This document shows positions 26,338 to 34,773 of a DNA stretch of 34,950 bases, in pieces (positions within the stretch are counted from its first letter, which is position 1; each line of letters starts with the position of its first letter). The DNA is from a virus (lineage: Duplodnaviria; Caudoviricetes). The stretch lies in IMG/VR virus record IMGVR_UViG_3300044940_000186, positions 1 to 34,950 of that record. The stretch is one strand, 5' to 3'. A program made the position numbers and the translations under genes. The notes under the pieces were generated by a model, which was not told the origin of the DNA, ran no database searches, and saw only the letters and a list, made by a program, of their open reading frames with translations.

Positions 26338-27871
26338 AATAAACTTCCTCTTCCTTATCTTCTAAAAATAAACTATCGCCTAAAAACATAAATGGGTCTT
26401 TTTGTAGTCCAGCTTCTCTTACTAAATCTCTAATATTAGAAACTCGAATACTCTCCCCTCTTTCTAACTTATCTTCCATTGTAATATCAACTTCTAATCC
26501 AGTAGAGATTTGTAAATTGTTAAAAACATATAATAGTAAATCAATACAGTGGTCGTTCTTATCTGGTAAAGTCCCATCCTTATTATAGCTCCATCTATCT
26601 AGCTCTTTAATAAAACCCTTGCAATTTTCACTAATCCAAACCGTATCTCTCTGAGCGAAAAAATCCTTAACCCTAGAGATAGGACTACTTAAATCTCTTT
26701 GGTTTTTTGCACCACGCTTTTTAGCAGGGATAAGAGATTCTTGAAAGCGGTCATAAATGTCCACTTGGAACCAACTGGCTGCCGGATCATAGTAGTTGTA
26801 CCAATCTTCCAAGAAGATTCTTTCGTTCCAATTCTTTCGTAGCTGTTGAACTCTTTTCCAGATTTGACCAGCCGAAGTCTTCTCTCTATCAGTTTCATAA
26901 ACTTCATCTATAAACAATAACTGTCCTGTATACCTATTGTGACCTAACAAAAGAACAGCAAAAGTAGTTTGTCCGGGGTCTGAAAAAGTATACCAATTGA
27001 ACTTCTTGTAATCTATTTTACAATATTCTTTTAAGAAAGAGTAAGGTTTTATTATCTTGCTTTTATTTTTATGCCATAAAGGTAAAACCGCAGTAGCTCC
27101 ACCTTGTATATATCTACCAAGAAACTCCCTTTCCCAAACTGCTCTTTGACCAGCTCTTGTTAACTTCTCTTCTGTTTTTTTTAACCACTCTCTTGATATA
27201 AAAGGATTGTCAGAGGTTGGAGCTTCCATGAAGAAGTAAGGAGAGTCTGGTTCTCTAGCAACACGAGAAACCTCTTCTGTAAATTCGGTATAGTAACACT
27301 CGTTATCAGGAGGAGTTGAGATAACAAAAAGTTGAGAAGACTTTGCCGCTCGGTTTGGAGTCATAACTTCTACGTCAAATTCTTTTGAGTGGTCTCTAAA
27401 TTCTTCGTAAACAACTAAATCTGGGTTAATTCCCCGTAGAGCGTTTACGTTATCGCACCCATCTAAAATAATAGAACTAGCAATATTATCACTGTTATAA
27501 GAATCAATAACTAATCTTAGTTCGTTCTCTCTAATATCGACAATCAAAGAAGGGTCAGAATAAGTTTGCAATCTTTTAGAAATCCAATAAATATCTTTAG
27601 CTTGTCTTCTAGTTGGAGCTATTATGTAAATTAAGCTACCCGGATTTTCTATTGCGTATCTCCATGCTGCGTAAATAGCAGACTCTGTCTTGGCAAATTT
27701 TCTTCCACATTGCAGTTGAACAATTTCTTTTTTATCTCTAAACAAAGCTCTTAAGGGTTTCCATTGACCAGAATGAGGAAATCTTTTCTTTGTTTTTAGA
27801 TAATTATGAAACCTTCTTATCCTATCTTGAGATAATAGAATTTGAAGTTCGCTATCAGATATCTTGGTCAT
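26330..27871 (-). CDS. terL: Terminase large subunit
   Basis: 'PHSGQ', Walker A-like 'CGRKFAKT', 'IAPT..QAK', 'LRG.NPDLVVYEE', coupling motif 'ISTPP', and nuclease 'DPG...YDPA...NDHCID'. Confidence 0.92.
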   Translation of the reverse strand: MTKISDSELQILLSQDRIRRFHNYLKTKKRFPHSGQWKPLRALFRDKKEIVQLQCGRKFAKTESAIYAAWRYAIENPGSLIYIIAPTRRQAKDIYWISKRLQTYSDPSLIVDIRENELRLVIDSYNSDNIASSIILDGCDNVNALRGINPDLVVYEEFRDHSKEFDVEVMTPNRAAKSSQLFVISTPPDNECYYTEFTEEVSRVAREPDSPYFFMEAPTSDNPFISREWLKKTEEKLTRAGQRAVWEREFLGRYIQGGATAVLPLWHKNKSKIIKPYSFLKEYCKIDYKKFNWYTFSDPGQTTFAVLLLGHNRYTGQLLFIDEVYETDREKTSAGQIWKRVQQLRKNWNERIFLEDWYNYYDPAASWFQVDIYDRFQESLIPAKKRGAKNQRDLSSPISRVKDFFAQRDTVWISENCKGFIKELDRWSYNKDGTLPDKNDHCIDLLLYVFNNLQISTGLEVDITMEDKLERGESIRVSNIRDLVREAGLQKDPFMFLGDSLFLEDKEEEVYYE

Positions 27872-28445
27872 CTTCGTCTTTAATCTCTTCAGTCATTTCA
27901 TACAGTGGAGCATCTAAATTTTGAATAGGGTCTTCTACTATTGCTCGAGCAAGTTCTAATACTTTAGGGTCTTTAATGTCAGCTCTAATATTTTGAGAAA
28001 TATCAGTGGGTTTTCCTTTTTCTAATCTAGCAATTTTATCTAAGCTAGTTACGATATTACAAAGTTCAGTTAATTCTCTTGGCTTTAAATCGTTATCGAC
28101 ATTTAGTTTTTTAGTAATTTCCCTGTCAATTAAAAGTAAGCACTTATCTGCAATAGAAGAAAGAACAGGGAGTTTATCTTCAAATATCTCTTCTAATATT
28201 TTAGCAGAGTGTTGTTCTGCAATGGTTTTTAATTCTTGTGCTCTTAGTATTTTAGCAACTCTATCTCTACTGATTCCAGTATATCGATGAATCATTTCCG
28301 GCTCAGTAACTCCAGAAAGATAAAGTCGAGAAACTTGAGCAATATCATCTAATTTGTTGTCAGATGTTTTTAGTCTAATGCTTTGCTCTTTTCCTCTAAT
28401 CAGGGAGTTTGCGAGACTTTCTATTTTGTTTTGGTTGTCTGTCAA
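27855..28445 (-). CDS. Putative terminase small subunit
   Basis: HTH-like 'LYLSG....MIHRYTGISRDRVAKIL' and 'RLEKGKPT'. Overlaps terL. TTG start with AAGGAG RBS. Confidence 0.65.
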   Translation of the reverse strand: MTDNQNKIESLANSLIRGKEQSIRLKTSDNKLDDIAQVSRLYLSGVTEPEMIHRYTGISRDRVAKILRAQELKTIAEQHSAKILEEIFEDKLPVLSSIADKCLLLIDREITKKLNVDNDLKPRELTELCNIVTSLDKIARLEKGKPTDISQNIRADIKDPKVLELARAIVEDPIQNLDAPLYEMTEEIKDEDDQDI

Positions 28446-28653
28446 CGGAACTATCTCCTTTAAATGCCTCTACTACTGCTTGAAGTTTTTCTATTGTAAA
28501 TACTGCACTTTGATTTTTTAATATAGCATAGATCTTTTCATCAAGTAGTTTAGATAAGTGCTTTTCTATTTCTTCATTAGAGATTTTTAAATTCTCATTC
28601 TTTAAAGCTCCTAGAATAGAGTTAACTCCTTGTTCAATGTCTTCTTCTTTCAT
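28396..28653 (-). CDS. Hypothetical protein
   Basis: 85 aa, abutting the upstream stop. Confidence 0.6.
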   Translation of the reverse strand: MKEEDIEQGVNSILGALKNENLKISNEEIEKHLSKLLDEKIYAILKNQSAVFTIEKLQAVVEAFKGDSSVDRQPKQNRKSRKLPD

Positions 28654-30735
28654 TTATTTTAATCCTATAAAAGTTGATGCTCTTAATAACTCATCTAAAG
28701 TAGGTTCTATCTCATTTACAATAGCGGTTACAATATCATTAACAAGTCCCGGGCTTGTTAATGGGGTTTGAGCTACGGTAGGTTGTCCGTTTGACCAGCT
28801 ATACCCTGATGAAATCATTTGTAAAGGATAATCTATATAAATGCTCCCTAAGTTAGCTTGGATATAATAAGTTAGGGTAGCACCCCCACTTACAGGAGCC
28901 ACTCCTGAAACGTTTATTAAGCTCCAAACATTAGCAATTAATCCTGTAACAGTAGTAGAAATACTACTTCCGTCTGACCAAGTTAGAGTTAATTTTATTA
29001 CTGTAAGACTTGTTGGTATATATCCAGAAACTGAAAGAATTGGAACTGTAAAACTATAGGCAGTATTAGCTGTAACAATAATTTGATATTGATGACGTGC
29101 TGGTCTGAATGGCTCGTTAATTGCCGTTGGTGCGATTGCTGTTGTGGTAATTAATCTATTATAAATAGTAGCACCACTTGGAGGTGGTGGGATCGCATCG
29201 GGTGGTGTTGTAAATCCAGTAGTATTTCCACCGGGAGCTAATTTTATTCCAATAGTTGAAGGGGAGTTTGGACCAAATGGGGATTGAAATTGTGCTGCTG
29301 AGCCACCTCTTGCAATTGAGGCTCTGGAATTTACATCACTAAAGATGTTGCCAATTGTTCCAGTAAAATTGGCTGACTCAATATATCTTGGAGATTCAAT
29401 TCCAAGTCCTGAAACAAGTATAGAGAGCCTTCCGTAGGTTGGTCTAATTGTTTGAACTGCAGTTGCTTGAGATAAGATTGCATTTGCGTGACAATCTACT
29501 GCTAAAGTTCCGTTCATTGCATTGTTGACTTGTAAAAATCCACAATTTGTAAATATTGTTCCTTGTGAATTTGCAATTGCTTGTATAACGTCCTGAAAGT
29601 AACAATCGTAAAATTCGGTATTAGGCATTACGTTGTAAATATCTACATTTCTTACTGCTATACAAAAGAAATTATTTAAGTGAATTTGAGAAGTGGTATT
29701 TTGAGTAGTGAAACAATCAAAGACGCAAGAAATATAAGTTAGTGGTTGAGAAGTTGTATTTGCTCTAATTCCCATTGCATTATTAGTAATAGAAACCGCT
29801 GGACCAATTAAAACAACTCCTTGTAATATTTTATTATTGAATTGTCCGGCATTTGAAGCGGATCCATTGAACCATTTTAAGGTGCAGTTTTGTAAATTAA
29901 ATATTGGATTAGTGCTTGCTGCTCCTGTAAACCCCCAATATTTTGTATTATTTATTGCTCTAATAGTGAATACAGAAGTTTCAGAATATGCCCTTGCTCC
30001 ACTTTTAGGGACTCCAGTAATAGCATTAACTGCAATTTGCGTTGTAAAATTGCTTGTTACTGTTGCTGTTAACGTTCCAGAGTCATAGGAAGCGGTTGTT
30101 CTATTTTGTGGATTGTTTAATTGTCCGTTAGTTGAAATATGAGAGCTAGGAAATATTAAAATATCTCCACCTCCTGCTCTTAGTTTTAAATTTTCTGCAA
30201 AGACTACATCTGCTTGAGCTATGTTAACTTGGCTTGCAATTTGTGTGTAATTTCTTCTTGTATTATAAACGATGCCAGTGATTGGATGAGTATAACTTTC
30301 AGTGACTCCGAAGATAGTTGCATCACATACTATAGAAATTCCACTTGTGGTGGTGTTGCAAGCCGACATATTTAAATGATTTCCTGTAGCTGCTTGAGAT
30401 GCTACAAGCCCGTTTAAAATTACCGTATGAAATCCAGTAAGTGGTGTTGCGGTATCTCCGGCTTTAAAATATCCATTAGCCCCAAAAGTAATTAAGTTAT
30501 CTGCAAGTCCATCTCCTACGGTAAATTCTGTAGTAGCTCCATCTAACCAAGTTAAAGTTCCTGCTAATGAAGATATTCTTCTACATCCTAGCCCTGTTGT
30601 ATCGATGGTAATAGTATCACCTGCAACAATAGTTACATCATCTAAAGTTGCAAGGGTAGGAACTACTCCACCAGCCCATGAAGCTGGATTACTATAATTT
30701 CCTCCTCCTGTGCCGTTACTTGATATTGCTGCCAT
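28654..30735 (-). CDS. Putative tailspike/receptor-binding protein (G8-like N-terminus, beta-helix-like core)
   Basis: 'GGNYSNPASWAGGVVPT...DDVTI.AGDTITID'. Thr/Asn-rich with short repeated beta turns. Confidence 0.6.
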   Translation of the reverse strand: MAAISSNGTGGGNYSNPASWAGGVVPTLATLDDVTIVAGDTITIDTTGLGCRRISSLAGTLTWLDGATTEFTVGDGLADNLITFGANGYFKAGDTATPLTGFHTVILNGLVASQAATGNHLNMSACNTTTSGISIVCDATIFGVTESYTHPITGIVYNTRRNYTQIASQVNIAQADVVFAENLKLRAGGGDILIFPSSHISTNGQLNNPQNRTTASYDSGTLTATVTSNFTTQIAVNAITGVPKSGARAYSETSVFTIRAINNTKYWGFTGAASTNPIFNLQNCTLKWFNGSASNAGQFNNKILQGVVLIGPAVSITNNAMGIRANTTSQPLTYISCVFDCFTTQNTTSQIHLNNFFCIAVRNVDIYNVMPNTEFYDCYFQDVIQAIANSQGTIFTNCGFLQVNNAMNGTLAVDCHANAILSQATAVQTIRPTYGRLSILVSGLGIESPRYIESANFTGTIGNIFSDVNSRASIARGGSAAQFQSPFGPNSPSTIGIKLAPGGNTTGFTTPPDAIPPPPSGATIYNRLITTTAIAPTAINEPFRPARHQYQIIVTANTAYSFTVPILSVSGYIPTSLTVIKLTLTWSDGSSISTTVTGLIANVWSLINVSGVAPVSGGATLTYYIQANLGSIYIDYPLQMISSGYSWSNGQPTVAQTPLTSPGLVNDIVTAIVNEIEPTLDELLRASTFIGLK

Positions 30736-30962
30736 TAGTTATAATTAAGTGAAGTCCTATCATCCCAAGAGCCGATAGCTGATTCTATTAGGATAATCTG
30801 ATTATTCCCATTATAGGAGTAACGGTTGATTTTCCAAGTAGGAGTATCAGGTAGCGACCCTTTATTGGCAATTCCTTTGTAGGTTATTTTAGTGCCATCG
30901 TAGTCTAATCTAACGACTAGCTCAGAGAATTTAAAAACAGTTAAGTCATCAAAAGGGTACAT
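30735..30962 (-). CDS. Small conserved phage protein
   Basis: 'TYKGIA..GS....TWKI.R...WDDRTSLNY'. TAATG-coupled on both sides. Confidence 0.65.
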   Translation of the reverse strand: MYPFDDLTVFKFSELVVRLDYDGTKITYKGIANKGSLPDTPTWKINRYSYNGNNQIILIESAIGSWDDRTSLNYN

Positions 30963-31177
30963 TAGTAGCTAGAGCCTGAATTATTTTTAGCTGCCTTATG
31001 AACTAATCCAACTGGAGTAAGAACAAATCCCAACCATCCAATAGCTTCTAGTACTAAGTCTTTATATTGGGGCAAGAAGACAATAACGGCATAAACTATA
31101 ATTGAGAAGACGCCTAAGGCGGTTTTATTTCCATTTAGAGGAATTTTATTTAGTAGGGCAAGTAGTAGTGTGTTCAT
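30962..31177 (-). CDS. Putative holin (two TM segments)
   Basis: 71 aa, 'NGNKT', two hydrophobic helices, basic tail. AGGAG RBS. Confidence 0.55.
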   Translation of the reverse strand: MNTLLLALLNKIPLNGNKTALGVFSIIVYAVIVFLPQYKDLVLEAIGWLGFVLTPVGLVHKAAKNNSGSSY

Positions 31178-31195
31178 GGGGATCTCCTATAAAAG

Positions 31196-31486
31196 TTAAT
31201 GAATAAATAAACAATCGACTAAAACATAATCGGAGCGAATTGGATTTTCTTTGACGTAATTAGTGACCCAATCTCTTAGAATTACAAGCTCTTCTGGTGA
31301 GACATCGGAGTTACCGGATAGAGAAAAGCCATCATCAGAGAAATCAAATTTTATTCTACCATCTGCAAAAGCTAGGATAATATCCCATGAGGCATTAGCC
31401 ATCATTTTTGAGACGTAAGTTAGGTAGTAGTCTTCACCTAGAGGAGATAAGTCTTTCATATTGGTTAAGTGTTTTTTTGTATTCAT
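31196..31486 (-). CDS. Hypothetical protein (start may be 31459)
   Basis: ORF fills the gap in the late operon. Confidence 0.55.
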   Translation of the reverse strand: MNTKKHLTNMKDLSPLGEDYYLTYVSKMMANASWDIILAFADGRIKFDFSDDGFSLSGNSDVSPEELVILRDWVTNYVKENPIRSDYVLVDCLFIH

Positions 31487-32306
31487 TTACAGTACCAGTA
31501 GGTAGATTAAAGCTCCTAGACTTAGGGGGAGTAAAAGGCTGTCCGAATTCTCTTCCTTGGGACACTGGTTCCCAGAAAAAGAGGGCGTGGCAGAAACGGA
31601 ACTTCCGTAATTGTTCCAACTGCTCTCTAGGGGAGAGGTTGTTTCCATCGATGTTGAAGACACAAGGAACTCCTGCCCAGTATGAGAAAACGGAGTGCAA
31701 CTCACAAAGGTGAGCACCACGAGTCCTAGAACAAAAGTCCGCCAATGGGTTCCTAACAAGGTAACCTCTATATCCTGCTTGTTTAATCCAAAGTTGAACA
31801 TTGAGGTAAGCCTTATCACTGAAGTTATCTTCTAATCCTGTAGTTAGCATAAGAGTGGTTTTTGAGTTTGTCAAAGGAATTATATTCCTCTCTACAAATC
31901 TAACTCTGTTTTGAATTGCAGTTTTTAATTCTCTATTGCCCCTCTCTAGTTCCTTATTGTATTTATCAGCCCCCCAAGTTGGTTTAATTTCATCTTGAGT
32001 ACATCTTCCTTTTGCTCTTCTACAGGTCTCATTAGTTAGATGAACTTGTAGTAAGTGAGGTTTATCAGCATGAGCACTTAGGAATCTTTTAATACAATCA
32101 GTGTTAGTTCCAAAGGTAGAAAGAAGAACTGACATTGCAGGTTTAGAGTAAGATTTAGAAATGTTAATAAAGTTAGAGCAAGGGTATTTCTTATTCATTG
32201 CTGCAAAAGAAGAGAACCCAACAAAAGGTTTTTTAGGTGGTTTGGCAAAAACTTCTTCTGAGCTAATTGTAATAAGTAAGACCAAGTAAAGTAAGAATTC
32301 TTTCAT
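31434..32306 (-). CDS. Exported Cys-containing protein of unknown function
   Basis: Signal peptide 'MKEFLLYLVLLITISSEEVFA-KP'. 290 aa, basic, alpha/beta pattern. ATGA overlap with the upstream gene. Confidence 0.7.
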   Translation of the reverse strand: MKEFLLYLVLLITISSEEVFAKPPKKPFVGFSSFAAMNKKYPCSNFINISKSYSKPAMSVLLSTFGTNTDCIKRFLSAHADKPHLLQVHLTNETCRRAKGRCTQDEIKPTWGADKYNKELERGNRELKTAIQNRVRFVERNIIPLTNSKTTLMLTTGLEDNFSDKAYLNVQLWIKQAGYRGYLVRNPLADFCSRTRGAHLCELHSVFSYWAGVPCVFNIDGNNLSPREQLEQLRKFRFCHALFFWEPVSQGREFGQPFTPPKSRSFNLPTGTVNEYKKTLNQYERLISSR

Positions 32307-32551
32307 CTGATTTTCTCCGCTATTTTGTCTAATTTAGAGTCAATTCTTTCCATCCACCTGTAGGCTGCAAACTCTTTAGACTGAAGCACCTGTATTGAAG
32401 ATTCATGCCTATCTGTTGCTGTTTTAACTCTCTCTATCTCATCATCAATCTTTTTTAGATGGTAAGAAGCAATCCCTAAAAGAAGCATGATTCCAGTCTT
32501 AATTGCAAAATCAACCCAATACCTTACCGACTCCTTGTCTCTGTCGTTCAC
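32303..32551 (-). CDS. Single-TM coiled-coil lysis-cassette protein (holin/antiholin-like)
   Basis: One TM followed by a coiled coil ending 'RIDSKLDKI'. GTGA overlap with the endolysin gene. Confidence 0.55.
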   Translation of the reverse strand: MNDRDKESVRYWVDFAIKTGIMLLLGIASYHLKKIDDEIERVKTATDRHESSIQVLQSKEFAAYRWMERIDSKLDKIAEKIR

Positions 32552-33024
32552 CTTGCATGATCCCCCGTTCTAATCATCTCACACACTCTCCTAGCTCTAT
32601 TAGGAGTTTGTGTTGCCCATTTGCTTTTTAATGCTTGCTTACTAGCTTCTTCCCATTTGCCTTCTTTTAAAAGCTTTATGGTAGTCTTAAATTCTAAAAA
32701 ACCAGACCTCCCCAATTGAAAAATCATAGATGAAATAGCAACTTGCCTTCCAATACTCCAATCATCAAAATCAGGGAATATAGCCTTAGCTTGAGCCTCT
32801 ACCTTAACCATATCGTTAAGTAATAAATACCTAGACTCTTCTCTAGTTATTCCAACATCCTCAAGATTCCTCCCAACCCCAATAGTAAGCTTACCAGCAG
32901 TACACTTATAAGGCTTTAATCTCTCCCCCTCCTCCCTAATTAAATGCTCTTGCAACATAGGCAAATAAGACACTTTAGGCTTTTCAGGCTTATCCCTTCT
33001 TTTAACCCAACTAAATATCCCCAT
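32548..33024 (-). CDS. Endolysin, GH24 phage lysozyme (start 33024 ATG or 33030 TTG)
   Basis: 'REEGERLKPYKCTAGKLTIGVGRNL...MIFQLG...SKWATQTPNRA'. Confidence 0.92.
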   Translation of the reverse strand: MGIFSWVKRRDKPEKPKVSYLPMLQEHLIREEGERLKPYKCTAGKLTIGVGRNLEDVGITREESRYLLLNDMVKVEAQAKAIFPDFDDWSIGRQVAISSMIFQLGRSGFLEFKTTIKLLKEGKWEEASKQALKSKWATQTPNRARRVCEMIRTGDHAR

Positions 33025-33239
33025 ACTCAAACATTTATCACATTACCCTCTTCTTACAATCTAATATTTAATATCTAAACTGGTATAAAACTTAAAATTC
33101 TCCAAAATGGGGATTAGAGGGTATATATATACATACCCACTCCCCCTTAACCCCCAATATACGGGTGGGGGGTAGGGGTGGAGGCAGGGTTAGATAACTG
33201 TTAATAGGGGCAGGATATTAGCTGAGGTTCAAAGAATTT

Positions 33240-33265
33240 GGGGTAGGGGAGGGTTAGGGTAGGGG
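33240..33265 (+). other. G-quadruplex-forming motif
   Basis: GGGG-TA-GGGG-A-GGG-TTA-GGG-TA-GGGG. A second G-run cluster lies at 33163..33189. Confidence 0.7.
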
Positions 33266-33348
33266 CAAATAAATATTCTCACTACGGGGCTATTTGGTGC
33301 CCTAAATCCAGTCCCCTAGCTTTCTAACACCAATCCCTGAATCGATTG

Positions 33349-33460
33349 CCCAACCAATTGCCTAACCGACAACCAAACCGGTAGCCTAACCAATCCCCTA
33401 ATTGATTAACCAAACCGGTAACCCAACCGGTAGCCTAACTGATCAACCCAACCTAACCAA
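33349..33460. repeat. C/A-rich degenerate repeat with three AACCGGTA cores
   Basis: AACCGGTA at 33376, 33413 and 33425. AACCGGTAGCCTAAC twice and AACCAAACCGGTA twice. Confidence 0.8.
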
Positions 33461-33726
33461 AGCTCGGTATACCATGCAAATATTTTCGTGTGTGTTATCA
33501 ATAGTTTAACTATAGCATTTACGCAACTCAGTTGCATTAGTGATTTTACACTGAAAACAGAACGGTTATTCTAAAGATTTATTCTTTAATTATATTAGAT
33601 AGTTAAGTCGGTTATCAACAGGTGTTTTAAAAAAAGTGACCTTGACACAGGTTTTAGAGTTGACGCACACTAATTGAATAAAATCTATATATATTATAAT
33701 ATATATTTTATCCTTATTTTTTTTTC

Positions 33727-33790
33727 TCTATCTGTCTATCTGTCTATCTGTCTATCTGTCTATCTGTCTGTGTGTGTGTGTGTGTGTGTG
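33727..33790. repeat. Compound microsatellite (TCTATCTG)5-TC-(TG)11
   Basis: Read directly from the sequence. Confidence 0.95.
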
Positions 33791-33861
33791 TTATTGAGTA
33801 ACAGATCGATCTGATCGCTCGCGTGCTACGTCGTAGCTGACGCCGACTCTGCACGCTCGCT

Positions 33862-33920
33862 AGTATATGCTATATAATATAGTATATATATATATATTAT
33901 ATAATATAGTATATATATAA
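33862..33920. repeat. (TA)n-rich tract with duplicated TATATAATATAGTATATATA
   Basis: Read directly from the sequence. Confidence 0.85.
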
Positions 33921-33980
33921 CTAACTGATAATATTAGTTAAAAAAAAATATAAAAAAATAAAAAATCTTATTTAGAGGGC

Positions 33981-34009
33981 TTGACGTTCTATCGATAGTG
34001 ATATAATAT
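33981..34009 (+). promoter_or_regulatory. Near-consensus sigma70 promoter
   Basis: TTGACG (33981-33986), 17 bp, TATAAT (34004-34009), with A-tracts upstream. Confidence 0.8.
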
Positions 34010-34073
34010 AATTGTATTGCTAGCTAACACTAGTGATGATTAACAACTAACAACAAAAAAAAAGGAAAAAAAA

Positions 34074-34301
34074 ATGGCTATAATAAAAATCACACACAAA
34101 AAGCAAGCGTATTTTTTTGATTATCAGGGCGGGTATATACGGCTAGAGGATCACGAAAACGGGAAAATTGGCACGCTGGGTTATCAGATCTGTGAGGGTG
34201 GGAAACTCACTGGGGCAACGCTATCAGCAGATAATTTAGAGCACGCAAAAAAAATCTGTAGATCGTGGGTCGTAAAACACGCGAAACTAAACGAATTTTA
34301 G
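34074..34301 (+). CDS. Hypothetical early protein (monocistronic)
   Basis: 75 aa with its own promoter, AAAGGAA RBS and downstream terminator. Confidence 0.8.
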   Translation: MAIIKITHKKQAYFFDYQGGYIRLEDHENGKIGTLGYQICEGGKLTGATLSADNLEHAKKICRSWVVKHAKLNEF

Positions 34302-34324
34302 ACAACTAACAACTAACAACTAAC

Positions 34325-34360
34325 AAAAAAAAGAGGGGGGGGCTTTGTGCCCCTCTTTTA
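34325..34360 (+). terminator. Rho-independent terminator, possibly bidirectional
   Basis: AAAAGAGGGG (34329-38) pairs with CCCCTCTTTT (34350-59), with an A-tract before and a T-tract after. Confidence 0.7.
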
Positions 34361-34394
34361 ATATCTATAGAACAAAAAAAGGGTAAGCCTATGC

Positions 34395-34773
34395 AATAAT
34401 CAGTAGCATAAAATAAGCTAAAATATGGCTCACTACACACCTATAATTCTAGGCTATAGCTAGGGATAGGGTAGACTAAAATCTCGTAACAGTGGCTAAA
34501 TATGAGCTTGCTGTGGGGGGTATCCAAGGCTTTGCTTAGTGCTGACTGACGACTATTGGCAACTGACTGAGGGGGGAGTCTATCGAATAATCAGTAGCAT
34601 AAAATAAGCTAAATATGCCTCACCACACGCCTGTAGTTCTAGGCTATAGGCAGGTATAGAGTAGGCTAAAACCTCTTAACAGTGGGCGAATATGGGCCTA
34701 TTTTAGGGGTATATCTGAGAGTGTCCTTAGTGCTAGTTGACGACTGTGGCTGGCCGGTGGTGGGGGTTTATCA
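34395..34773. repeat. Diverged tandem duplication, 191-bp period
   Basis: Copies begin AATAATCAGTAGCATAAAATAAGCTAAA at 34395 and 34586, with colinear similarity throughout. Confidence 0.9.

Noticed and set aside
6855-31713. Plus-strand ORFs within the late arm (e.g. 6855, 9806, 11585, 16595, 23569, 28006, 31408)
   Set aside because: Antisense shadows of well-supported minus-strand genes.
14131-31819. Nested same-strand ORFs 14131, 14368, 26689 and 31487
   Set aside because: Alternate-frame ORFs without evident RBS or motifs. 31487..31819 has a loose lipobox-like 'FVSC', but it lies ~40 aa into the ORF and the host gene is not i-spanin-like.
32880-32940. Cys in place of Asp in the endolysin E-D-T triad
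   Set aside because: A known, common GH24 variant. Not evidence of inactivation.
229-33030. Stop-codon reassignment
   Set aside because: Genes tile densely under the standard code, and TAA, TAG and TGA all end genes at sensible boundaries.
33642-33700. Extra -35 hexamers TTGACA (33642) and TTGACG (33660)
   Set aside because: No matching -10 at 16-18 bp spacing.
34395-34773. Mini-CRISPR array from the two 28-bp identical blocks
   Set aside because: The intervening sequences are ~160 bp and homologous to each other, so this is a tandem duplication.
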